The translations under genes and the position numbers were made by a program. A DNA stretch of 64,000 nucleotides, taken from positions 2,030 through 66,029 of the forward strand of contig JAPCJO010000001.1 of the NCBI GenBank assembly GCA_027886905.1. The letters are read 5' to 3'. Position 1 is the first letter of the stretch. Each line of letters begins with the position of its first letter. The stretch is from Nitrososphaerota archaeon (GTDB taxonomy: Archaea > Thermoproteota > Nitrososphaeria > Nitrososphaerales > Gagatemarchaeaceae). The notes under the pieces were generated by a model. That model was not told the origin of the DNA. It saw only the letters and a list, made by a program, of their open reading frames with translations, and did no database searches. Positions 1-8,433 of this stretch are shown piece after piece.

Positions 1-141
1 CAGGGCATCCACTTCGCCCCGACGCTGGAGGTTGTTCTGTTCGGGCTGGCCGTGACCCTGATCCTGGGGCTCCTCGGCGGCCTGTACCCAGCCGTAAGGG
101 CGCTCAGGCTCAGACCCACGGAGGCGCTGCGTCATGAGTGA
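1..141 (+). CDS. ABC transporter permease, FtsX/MacB-type, C-terminal fragment (5-prime truncated by window edge)
   Basis: Frame 1 reads QGIHFAPTLEVVLFGLAVTLILGLLGGLYPAVRALRLRPTEALRHE*, the typical FtsX-family C-terminus. Its stop overlaps the ATG of the downstream ATPase (ATGAGTGA). Confidence 0.6.
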   Translation, partial: QGIHFAPTLEVVLFGLAVTLILGLLGGLYPAVRALRLRPTEALRHE

Positions 142-853
142 GGTCTTATTCAAGACAGAGAAGCTCTCCAAGTCCTACGTCTCCGGTCGTAGGACCGTGA
201 ACGCCCTCGAGGAGATCGACCTGGTGATAAGACGTGGTGAGTTCGTAGCGATAACAGGCCACTCGGGATCTGGGAAGACCACGCTCTTGAACATCCTTGC
301 GTGTCTCGACAGGGGCTCGAGTGGAAAGGTGCTGTTCGACGGGGTCGATGTTCAAAAACTGGGGGCATCGGAGCTCAATAGAGTTCGCAGAGACAAAGTC
401 GGGTTCGTCTTCCAGAGCTTTAATCTGCTGCCCTACCTTAGCGCGAAGGAGAACGTTGAACTCCCAATGGAAGTTGGAAGACTACGAAAGGAAAAGAGGA
501 CCGAGCGCTCAACGGACCTGCTAGCGTCGGTGGGGCTCGAAGGCAGAGGCGACCATAGGCCGAACCAGTTGAGCGCGGGAGAGCAACAACGTGTGGCCAT
601 AGCTCGCGCCCTGGCAAACGGCCCAAGCGCAGTCCTCGCGGACGAACCGACGGGGAACCTCGATCCGGACAACAAAGCCGCGGTCATCTCGATTCTGAGG
701 CGGCTCAACATCGAGCAGGGGATGACGGTGATTATGGTAACCCATGATGGCGACGTTGCAGAGAGGTCCGAACGAATCGTTCGTCTCGCCAAGGGCAAAA
801 TTCGAAGCGAAGGAAGGGGTAAATTCTTGAGGACTGAGCGGAAGGAGACGTGA
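134..853 (+). CDS. ABC transporter ATP-binding protein (MacB/LolD-like)
   Basis: Walker A GHSGSGKTT, Q-loop, signature LSAGEQQRV, Walker B VLADEPTGNLD, H-loop VTHD. Confidence 0.9.
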   Translation: MSEVLFKTEKLSKSYVSGRRTVNALEEIDLVIRRGEFVAITGHSGSGKTTLLNILACLDRGSSGKVLFDGVDVQKLGASELNRVRRDKVGFVFQSFNLLPYLSAKENVELPMEVGRLRKEKRTERSTDLLASVGLEGRGDHRPNQLSAGEQQRVAIARALANGPSAVLADEPTGNLDPDNKAAVISILRRLNIEQGMTVIMVTHDGDVAERSERIVRLAKGKIRSEGRGKFLRTERKET

Positions 854-863
854 AGGGAGATGT

Positions 864-902
864 CCGTGGATCCGCACCTAATTAGGTGGACCCGGATCAC
901 GG
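864..902 (+). terminator. Long imperfect hairpin centred on the perfect palindrome CACCTAATTAGGTG, just downstream of the ABC ATPase stop
   Basis: CCGTGGATCCGCACCTAA / TTAGGTGGACCCGGATCACGG. The arms pair with small bulges. Read directly from the sequence. Confidence 0.35.
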
Positions 903-1157
903 TCAACTGGTGTCAAAAACGCCTCTAAAAGCCCACAAACAGGTGCAACCATGAACGGGCTACCAACCCACATTAGGCGATTTGCGTCCAAATAATCAGA
1001 CGACCAAATGATTGGGAGGCTCCAGAGCTGCCTCCGGGCCTGCAGGCGCCGGTCCGCCTTTTCCGCTCGGACAAGACTATTAATGGGAAAGCCGCAAAAC
1101 TAACAGGAAGGTCTTGCAGGTACGGGAGAACCAAGAACGGGGAATAACGTCAAAGTC

Positions 1158-1700
1158 GTGGCGTACATCTTCTTCGCCGTGGCAATAGGGGCCGCCCTCC
1201 TGGGAGCCGCTCTCCAGCTCACGGATTCGGGAGGTTCGAGCGTCGGCAATGCCTCGGCAACCGGGGATTCTTCCGTCGGGACGGAGACCAGCGCGACATC
1301 GGCGTCGTCAGCCGCGTCAACCTGCGCCCTCTGGAACTACCCGCCCGTCTTGGACTCCACATATGACTTGAAGAACAGCACGCTGGTGCAGGGAAACGTC
1401 GTCGTCGGCTTGAGCCTTCCACCACACGTCGAGTTCTATTATGGATTCGTTCCCAGTGAGGACACCACGGTGACCGGAGAAATCCAGACCCAGACGTCTG
1501 TCCCTATTACGGTCGAGATATTGGGAGGAAACGGCTCGGCCGTCGCTCGACCATCCTACAATCAAACGGGAACTGACGTTCACATCAACGTGAGCCTTCC
1601 CGTCGGGAATGAATACCGCATCGTGTTGGAGGACGCGCAGAACCAGCAAGTGACCATAGCAATAACCCAGAGTTTGGTAGTCCACTATCCGGGGTGCTGA
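1158..1700 (+). CDS. Hypothetical membrane-anchored/secreted protein
   Basis: GTG start, N-terminal hydrophobic helix (YIFFAVAIGAALLGAALQL), Ser/Thr-rich linker, several N-X-S/T sequons. I recognise no family. Confidence 0.5.
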   Translation: MAYIFFAVAIGAALLGAALQLTDSGGSSVGNASATGDSSVGTETSATSASSAASTCALWNYPPVLDSTYDLKNSTLVQGNVVVGLSLPPHVEFYYGFVPSEDTTVTGEIQTQTSVPITVEILGGNGSAVARPSYNQTGTDVHINVSLPVGNEYRIVLEDAQNQQVTIAITQSLVVHYPGC

Positions 1701-1724
1701 TAACGCGACACACGGCGTCTTGAT

Positions 1725-2273
1725 CTAATCTACCGCTTCGAGTCCGCACATGGGCAGCCTCATCCTCACTTGCTCGATGTCCCTGGGGATCAGTTCGGTT
1801 CCAGGCTGCGTCCTCGCCATGAGTTGGTTTGGCGGCCTGTCGGGCTGCTGGGGCGGCGGATGGTCGAGCCAGTGCTCAAGGCCGAAGAGGTGGCCTATCT
1901 CGTGGGCAGTCGTGCGATAGTCGGGCATCGCTGTGCCGTCGACCACGAGGATCGTTCTCTTGGGCCGGAACACCTTTCCGTTCGAGCCGCCGATGGAGTG
2001 GACGTAGATCGCCGTTATCTGCCTGGGCTCGGGGCCGATTACCTCGCCTAGACGGTCGACGTCTCCTTGCCGCTGGGAGGCGGCCTGCACCACGTCATGC
2101 AACACGGCTGGGTCGAACTTCCACTCCAACACCCTCGCGTCGAACTTGATGTTTGCCTGGCGCCATATCTCGTTCGCCTTTACGAAGATCTGGGTCACCT
2201 CTTCGACCGTCCTGCACGACGAGTGCCACGGGTCCTTCTTCGAGATGAGAGCACGGACACTCAGCGTCGGCAT
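1725..2273 (-). CDS. Putative zinc metallopeptidase (metzincin-type HExxHxxGxxH motif)
   Basis: Motif HEIGHLFGLEH is present in the 182-aa ORF. No obvious signal peptide. Confidence 0.6.
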   Translation of the reverse strand: MPTLSVRALISKKDPWHSSCRTVEEVTQIFVKANEIWRQANIKFDARVLEWKFDPAVLHDVVQAASQRQGDVDRLGEVIGPEPRQITAIYVHSIGGSNGKVFRPKRTILVVDGTAMPDYRTTAHEIGHLFGLEHWLDHPPPQQPDRPPNQLMARTQPGTELIPRDIEQVRMRLPMCGLEAVD

Positions 2274-2410
2274 CTATGCTGTCCTTCGGCCGTGCAGGTG
2301 TCGCAAAAGTAAAGGTTTCGCGCCTGTGGGCCCAAGGGAGAATCCTCCGCGCCGGTAATAACTACCTCACATCGAAACAAGATATATGGCACAAGAGAGA
2401 ATCCGCGGTC

Positions 2411-3370
2411 ATGGTCGCCCGCGCACGCCCGCCCGACGGTCAAGCCGTGATTCCCCAAGCCGTTACCGCACCAACAACTCGCACCGCAATCTTCCTAGTG
2501 GTCAATGTCAACCCTGGTGCCAAGAACCGCGAGGCGGTCCGCTCGCTGTGCGGCGACATGTCGGCGCTCGTCCGCTCCGTGGGGCACCGAGTGCCCGACG
2601 GGGACCTATCCTGCATAATGGCGTTCGGGTCGGACGCGTGGGACGGGCTCTTCGGGAAGCCGCGGCCGGCGGAGCTGCACAAGTTCAAGGAGATCCACGC
2701 TGGGAAGCGCAGCGCCGTCTCGACGCCCGGCGACATCCTCTTCCACATCCGCGCCCAGACGATGGACCTCTGCTTCGAGCTCGCGACAGAGGCCATGGCC
2801 CGGCTCGGGGCGGCGGTCTCTTCGGTGGATGAGGTCCACGGCTTCCGCTTCTTCGACCTTCGCAGCATCGTCGGGTTCGTCGACGGTACGGAGAACCCCC
2901 AGGACAAGGCGGCGGTCGACGCCACGCTCGTCGGGGACGAGGACCCGGCCTTCGTCGCGGGCAGCTACGTGATAACACAGAAGTATCTTCATGACATGAC
3001 CGGCTGGAACGGCCTGAAGACAGAGGAGCAGGAGGGGATCATTGGACGCACGAAGCTGACCGACATCGAGCTGGACGACTCGGTCAAGCCCGCCTATGCG
3101 CACAACGCGGTCAGCAAGCTGGTTGAGAACGGGGTGGAGGTCAAGATACTCAGAGACAACATGCCCTTCGGCGAGGCGGGCAAGGGGGAGTTCGGGACAT
3201 ACTTCATCGGGTACAGCAAGTCGCCCCGTTCGACCGAGAAGATGCTACAAAACATGTTCGTGGGCAAGCCTCCGGGCACGTACGACAAGCTGCTGGACTA
3301 CAGCCGCGCCGTCACTGGGTGCCTGTTCTTCGCGCCCTCGGCTACCTTTCTTGACAAGCTCGGACCCTGA
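2411..3370 (+). CDS. Dye-decolorizing (DyP-type) peroxidase, YfeX/EfeB-like
   Basis: DyP hallmark FVDGTENP (GxxDG), with overall YfeX-like sequence and length. The track ORF starts at 2276, but the ATG at 2411 gives a typical-length protein. Confidence 0.85.
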   Translation: MVARARPPDGQAVIPQAVTAPTTRTAIFLVVNVNPGAKNREAVRSLCGDMSALVRSVGHRVPDGDLSCIMAFGSDAWDGLFGKPRPAELHKFKEIHAGKRSAVSTPGDILFHIRAQTMDLCFELATEAMARLGAAVSSVDEVHGFRFFDLRSIVGFVDGTENPQDKAAVDATLVGDEDPAFVAGSYVITQKYLHDMTGWNGLKTEEQEGIIGRTKLTDIELDDSVKPAYAHNAVSKLVENGVEVKILRDNMPFGEAGKGEFGTYFIGYSKSPRSTEKMLQNMFVGKPPGTYDKLLDYSRAVTGCLFFAPSATFLDKLGP

Positions 3371-3855
3371 CCGGGACCATCCCCGCGACAGACCGCATGG
3401 CGCATCGTGGTCGATAAATAGACCCATACAATTCACAGCCCCGTGACCTCGGAGCGGGCGAAACCGAAAGAGGCTGAGGAGGCCGTCGAGTATCTCCGAG
3501 ACCTTCGGAAGGACCCTGTGAGGTTCGAGGCGTGGGTGGACAGGTTGATGAAGGGATGGCTGAAGAGAAAGAGAGCCTCATCGCAACGCTCACCGAAATC
3601 GAAGCGATCCTAGTCAGACGCGTGAACGTCGCCGCGAGGAGAAACCCGAAAGCTTCCTTGATGAGGCGGAAGCATTGGACTTCATCAGGCTCGGGGGAGA
3701 GCTACAGGAGTAGCGGACTCTTCTCGCCACATCGACCGGCCGGTTGCATTCTTGGTCTACCTGACCCAAGGTCATACCGATGCCCTTCTTGGGACGAGGC
3801 ACTCCACCTAAATTAAGGATGACGCGCTCGTCGCCGGAAAAGACTTTCAACACCC

Positions 3856-4356
3856 TTGGCGGTAGACGACCGTACGACAATCTGGGACGGCTTCTTCACG
3901 GCGCAGGTGGGGGCTTCGGCTGCCCTCGCTGGGCTCATATTCGTCGGCCTCTCAATCAACATGGCTCGCATCCTCGCGCTACCTCGCGTCGCCGAGCGCG
4001 CCTTGCAGACCATCGTCATACTCTTGGCGGTCCTCGTAGTCTCCTCGCTCTTGCTCGTCCCCGGACAGTCGACCTGGGAGGTCGGGCTCGAGATTCTCGT
4101 CATCGGGTCGAGCGTCTGGGTCTTCAGCACCTTGCTGGACGTGGGCAACCTCCGGCAAATGACCAAAGAAGTCCGAAAGTATTGGGTCCAGAACGCGGTC
4201 CTCGGACAGGCGGCGGTGCTGCCCTACATCATCGGAGGGGCAACTATGCTAACGGTGGGGGTGGTCGGAATCTACGTCCTGGTCCTCGCAGTCCTTTTCT
4301 CCTTCCTAAAGGCGATAATCGACGCGTGGGTTTTGCTCGTCGAGATAAACCGCTGA
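3856..4356 (+). CDS. Hypothetical multi-pass membrane protein
   Basis: Four or five hydrophobic helices. TTG start at 3856, first in-frame ATG at 3961. Start uncertain. Confidence 0.5.
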   Translation: MAVDDRTTIWDGFFTAQVGASAALAGLIFVGLSINMARILALPRVAERALQTIVILLAVLVVSSLLLVPGQSTWEVGLEILVIGSSVWVFSTLLDVGNLRQMTKEVRKYWVQNAVLGQAAVLPYIIGGATMLTVGVVGIYVLVLAVLFSFLKAIIDAWVLLVEINR

Positions 4357-4368
4357 ACTCCGCCAGCG

Positions 4369-4971
4369 CTAGGACCTCTGCTCCTTCCTGGCCTTTGAGC
4401 GGGGTTTTTTTCCTGCCCAAGCCGCAGGGTAAGCCTCAGGGTGCGCGGCGAAGGCGATGAGGTGCGAAGCGTCCACGCGCACGAGCAGGTCGATCCCAGT
4501 GAGGGCGTCCTTCCCTCCCTTGAACGCCTCCGCCCACCCGGGGCCGACCTCCGTGAAGCCCGGGGTGCCCTTCCGGAGGGGGGTCGGGGTCCCGTGACCG
4601 ATTATGAGGAGGTGGTTCTCGTAGTACGTGAAACCCATGGTGGGGTTATTGGACAGCCGCCTGACCATCGTCGAGCGCGAGTCGGTTGCCAGGTGGAACC
4701 TCCCGTGCAGGAACGCCGCCGACCGAGGGGCTGCCCTCGGCTCGCCCTTTGAGTTCACGGTCGCTATCGCGATGAGCTTTATCCCTTGGAAGCCAGCGAG
4801 CTGCCTCGCGGAGAGCCGGTGCTGGGATCCGAAGCCGGAGTAGCGCACGCCCGGGGCCTTTTCGTAGCTCGTGTCAAGGAGGCCCTGAAGCTCTTCCAGC
4901 TCCGCCTCTGTCTCGAACACAAGACCAACGACCGTCCCTGGATATTTATCCGTTGGCTGGGCGGCGGCCAA
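4369..4971 (-). CDS. Pyridoxamine 5-prime-phosphate oxidase-like split-barrel (FMN/F420-binding) family protein
   Basis: Core LIAIATVNSKGEPRAAPRSAAFLHGRFHLATDSRSTMVRRLSNNP resembles PPOX-class proteins. Confidence 0.6.
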   Translation of the reverse strand: MAAAQPTDKYPGTVVGLVFETEAELEELQGLLDTSYEKAPGVRYSGFGSQHRLSARQLAGFQGIKLIAIATVNSKGEPRAAPRSAAFLHGRFHLATDSRSTMVRRLSNNPTMGFTYYENHLLIIGHGTPTPLRKGTPGFTEVGPGWAEAFKGGKDALTGIDLLVRVDASHLIAFAAHPEAYPAAWAGKKPRSKARKEQRS

Positions 4972-5049
4972 TCCCCTGGCGCTCGAAGTAGAGCTTGGCC
5001 CCGTCGACGGCTGTGTACCCCGACCTCATGGTCTCATCGCCGGACGTCC

Positions 5050-6222
5050 CTAGTGCGCCCCATAATAGTCAGCGACCGCCTTGAACGACTCCTTCGGCTC
5101 CCAGGGCATGTCGGGGTAGGTCACGCCCATCCTTCCAAGCTCGCCGGAAAACTTGAGCAGGTCGCTTGGGTCAAGCTCTATTCCCACAAGCTCCTTGGAT
5201 TGGTGTGCCTTCTGCACGGCTATCTCCTCCGCTGTATCTTTGTCCGCGTAGCTCTTCACGAGGCTGAAGCCCGCCATGTCCCCGTCGAACCTGGGATCGT
5301 CTACGTGCGTGGAAGTGGGCGAGACGAAAGTTTGCACGAATGCCCCTTCTACACCCGCCGCGTCCAAGACGCGCAGCTGGTCGGCAATCTCCCTGGCTTG
5401 GAGTCCCTCGTCGCGGACGTAGTGGCCGTCGACCCGGACGGGGATTCTCATCGTCTCCTTGGTGCTTTCCGGAAGGGTGAGCCTAGGCCCGAGGTAGTCT
5501 GCCATCATCCCGAATGCGATCATGAAGCCGTTCCCGCCGAGCATCTCGGCCCCTCTGTAGGTGCAGCACCCGAACTCTCCGATGAGCACAGGCTTTCCGT
5601 GGACCCGATACCCTGATGCGATCTTACCGTAAATGTCCCTTATCCGGGCGTCGCGATAGTGGTCGACCCCCACGAAGTCGAATTGGCTCCAGTCCACCGA
5701 CTCGAACGGGAGAGAGAAGTAGGTGAGCGGGCCTTGGAAGACCTCTCGCTCCGCAACACGAGCCCTCTCGAGGAAGGCGTTGAGGGTCGCGTTGTACTTT
5801 CCTGCCCTGATGGTCTCCAAGAACGACGGGGCGCCCATCCGATCGAAGACGTTTCTCCCTTCCACGATGCCCTGCATGAACAGCGTCAGCTCGGACCCTA
5901 CGCTGAGGGCCACCCGCCCGGGCCTGCGCGCGCGGAGCGCCTCCGCGGCCTCCGCCGCCTTCCGCAAATAGGCGAGAGTCTCCTCTGGACTCCTGTCCCA
6001 CATCTCCGGGCAGAACCAGACCTCCAGTCCCGCGTCAAGAGCTGCCTGGCTAGCGACGACAAGCCGGTCGATGTCGAGGCCGCAGATCCTCACGGCGTTG
6101 CAATGTAGGTCTTCTTTGATTATTCCCAGCTCGCGCCGGGCCAGAGTCTCGTCGAACTTCGGGCGCCACGATTCTCCCATCATCGCGCGTCCAGCGTCAT
6201 AGCAGACGCCCTTGCGGTTCAT
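5050..6222 (-). CDS. Putative cytoplasmic glycoside-hydrolase-like TIM-barrel protein (clan GH-A-like)
   Basis: A 390-aa ORF with alternating beta/alpha pattern and candidate catalytic glutamates (SVGSELT and LIGEFGC). Start overlaps the TetR stop by 4 nt. The function is an inference. Confidence 0.5.
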   Translation of the reverse strand: MNRKGVCYDAGRAMMGESWRPKFDETLARRELGIIKEDLHCNAVRICGLDIDRLVVASQAALDAGLEVWFCPEMWDRSPEETLAYLRKAAEAAEALRARRPGRVALSVGSELTLFMQGIVEGRNVFDRMGAPSFLETIRAGKYNATLNAFLERARVAEREVFQGPLTYFSLPFESVDWSQFDFVGVDHYRDARIRDIYGKIASGYRVHGKPVLIGEFGCCTYRGAEMLGGNGFMIAFGMMADYLGPRLTLPESTKETMRIPVRVDGHYVRDEGLQAREIADQLRVLDAAGVEGAFVQTFVSPTSTHVDDPRFDGDMAGFSLVKSYADKDTAEEIAVQKAHQSKELVGIELDPSDLLKFSGELGRMGVTYPDMPWEPKESFKAVADYYGAH

Positions 6223-6860
6223 CTCGCGCTTGCCTCCCTAGGGTCAGGCCTCAGCATTCGCATCACCACGCTCGCGTCGGGGATCGACGCCCTCGCCTCC
6301 TTAGGGCCGAGGGTGAGCATCGCCCTGGACAGGCCGTCCAGGCACGCCAGCACCGCGCCAAGGAGCTGGTTCGGGTCGTCCTTGGCCATCTCCCCCGTGG
6401 CTTGACCCTCGACAATCAGCTTCTTCATCTCCGCCTCCATCGCCTCCCCACTCTTTCGCATCACCTCGCGGAGGTCGTTCGGAGTCTTGTAGTCGGCGAG
6501 AGCCTGATAGATCAACTGGTAGAACTCAGGCTCGCGCCGCCTCGCCTCCAAGATAGAGGAGACGAGGACGTAGAGTCTCTCCCCCGGGGTCCCGCGTATC
6601 CTCTCGATCCTGGACGAAAGACCTCCTCCAGACTCGGCGGCCTGTTTGACAAGCGTGGCGAGTATCTCCTCCTTGCTCTCGAAGTATCGATACGCGAGAC
6701 CCTGGCTAATCCCCGCATCTTGCGCGACCTCCGACATCGTGGCGGCGGGTCCCCTCCTCGCAAAGACTCTCCTCGCGGCTAGGAGTATCCTGTCTCTCGC
6801 CTCTCCTCGAACGACTTGGTTGGCCTCCTCGCTGCGTGGCATTACGTATGAATGAACCAT
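6219..6860 (-). CDS. TetR/AcrR family transcriptional regulator
   Basis: N-terminal HTH (ILLAARRVFARRGPAATMSEVAQDAGISQGLAYRYFESKEEIL). Forms an operon with the downstream TIM-barrel gene. Confidence 0.85.
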   Translation of the reverse strand: MVHSYVMPRSEEANQVVRGEARDRILLAARRVFARRGPAATMSEVAQDAGISQGLAYRYFESKEEILATLVKQAAESGGGLSSRIERIRGTPGERLYVLVSSILEARRREPEFYQLIYQALADYKTPNDLREVMRKSGEAMEAEMKKLIVEGQATGEMAKDDPNQLLGAVLACLDGLSRAMLTLGPKEARASIPDASVVMRMLRPDPREASAR

Positions 6861-6932
6861 TCATTCATTAATAAACGTGTCCTTTGACCCTCTTCAGCAA
6901 GACGTAATTGCGGGTTCCGCGGCGCCAAAACC

Positions 6933-7241
6933 ATGGCATCCTCGGGAACCTCGACTTCGTGGATAGACTTCTTTCCCTTGATCCTTATCGTGTTGGCCGG
7001 CATCATGATAATGCTCGCGGGCCGGAAGAAGATGCTAAAGTGCCCCGAGTGCGGGAACGTCTTCGCCGCCCCTGCTTTCGACAGCAAGAGGTCGGGATCG
7101 GGCTGGACCCTTCCTTACCTCGGACAGTTGAAGTGCTCGAAGTGCGGCCAGAGTCGAGGTCGGAGGGACTACAAGACCCTCAAGGTCAAGCAGACGAAGT
7201 TTACCGGAGTACTTCCTCAAGCGGGTTCTCCGTCTCCTTGA
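6933..7241 (+). CDS. Small membrane-anchored zinc-ribbon protein (paralog 1)
   Basis: N-terminal TM helix followed by CPECG...x28...CSKCG. Paralogous to 7296..7562. Confidence 0.6.
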   Translation: MASSGTSTSWIDFFPLILIVLAGIMIMLAGRKKMLKCPECGNVFAAPAFDSKRSGSGWTLPYLGQLKCSKCGQSRGRRDYKTLKVKQTKFTGVLPQAGSPSP

Positions 7242-7295
7242 CCATCTGAGCGACCCAGGAAAACCCGTAAAACTAGAGTCTGGCGACCTTCAGCG

Positions 7296-7562
7296 ATGGC
7301 CGATTTCGTCCTCGTATTGGTCCCCATCGCGATAATCGCCATCGTGTTTGTGGTCTCCATGCTCGCGGTGAGGGGGAAGCTGTTGAAGTGTCCAGAGTGC
7401 GGGACCGTTTTCAAGGCGCCAATGGTGGACAACAAGATCAGCGGGCTCGGGTGGACGTTTCCTTACACGGGCAGGGTAAAGTGCCCGAAGTGTGGCGAGA
7501 GCAGGAGCAGAAGAGACTACCTAAAGCCCACGGCCCCAACAGAGAAGGCGCCGGCTACCTGA
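7296..7562 (+). CDS. Small membrane-anchored zinc-ribbon protein (paralog 2)
   Basis: Same architecture: TM helix then CPECGTVFKAP...GWTFPYTGRVKCPKCGESRSRRDY. Confidence 0.6.
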   Translation: MADFVLVLVPIAIIAIVFVVSMLAVRGKLLKCPECGTVFKAPMVDNKISGLGWTFPYTGRVKCPKCGESRSRRDYLKPTAPTEKAPAT

Positions 7563-8412
7563 ACAGCTCTTCAAGGGGGTTCTCCATCTCGCGAACCTCC
7601 CTGATTTTCACTCCTTGGGAGACCAGGCTCTCGATTAGGGCCGGGACCTCCTCAGGCCCCTTCAGCTCGTAGACGTAAAAGTCGCCGTCCTTCTTGATGG
7701 AATCTAGCTTGGGCTCCGGCGCCAAGGTCCGGATGCCCACGGTGTACGTCTGGGTCCGGATCTCGTCTATCCTGCCAAACAGCGCAAGCTTCCCTCCCTT
7801 GACAGCGATCACTCGGGTCCCGATCTCCCTCGCCTCGAAGAGGTTGTGCGAGGAGTAGAGGACCACCTTGTTCTTGCTGAGCTGGAGCACGAGCTCCCTT
7901 ATCTCCTTGGCTACCTTGGGGTCGAGGTTGCTCGTGGGCTCGTCGAGCAGATAGACGCTTTTCTCCTGGAGGAACACCCTTGCCACCGAGACGCGTTTCT
8001 TCTGGCCCTGGCTCAGCTGGTTGAAGCGCATGGTCGCGAGCTCCTTCAAGTCGAGGAGGCCGATCACCCGCTCCACGTCGGCCTCGCTCGCCCCCTCAAC
8101 GTCCGCGTAGAACCTAAGGCCGTTTGTCACGTTCATGCCCTCGGGGATCCCGTCCAGGTGGGTGATGTAGTCTATCTGCCTCCTCGCTTCCCTCTGCTGG
8201 CTGGGGACGCCGTTGATCTCGACCCTCCCCGTGTAGGGCCTGAGTATCCCGGCCAGCGTCCTGAGGAGGGTCGTCTTCCCCGCGCCATTGGGTCCCAGGA
8301 CTACGTACACGCCGGGCTCGGAGATTGTGAACGAGATCCCGTCGAGGACCTTCTTGCCGTAGTAGCCCGACGCGACGTCTTGGACGAGTATCGCGGGTGC
8401 CGGGGTCGTCAC
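7555..8412 (-). CDS. ABC transporter ATP-binding protein (ABC-2/CcmA-like)
   Basis: Walker A GPNGAGKTT, signature LSQGQKKRV, Walker B YLLDEPTSNLD. Confidence 0.9.
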   Translation of the reverse strand: MTTPAPAILVQDVASGYYGKKVLDGISFTISEPGVYVVLGPNGAGKTTLLRTLAGILRPYTGRVEINGVPSQQREARRQIDYITHLDGIPEGMNVTNGLRFYADVEGASEADVERVIGLLDLKELATMRFNQLSQGQKKRVSVARVFLQEKSVYLLDEPTSNLDPKVAKEIRELVLQLSKNKVVLYSSHNLFEAREIGTRVIAVKGGKLALFGRIDEIRTQTYTVGIRTLAPEPKLDSIKKDGDFYVYELKGPEEVPALIESLVSQGVKIREVREMENPLEELFR

Positions 8413-8433
8413 CGCGCCCGCCTCCCGGTCTCG

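Noticed and set aside
2276-2410. 45-codon N-terminal extension of the DyP ORF
   Set aside because: It has no similarity to DyP N-termini and would abut the divergent metalloprotease start. The ATG at 2411 gives a standard-length enzyme.
3371-3855. About 480-nt gap with several short ORFs (for example 3444..3614 plus, 3532..3816 plus, 3614..3880 minus)
   Set aside because: None has a recognisable motif, a convincing start context or a paralog. The region is possibly a decayed small gene pair, but I cannot support a call.
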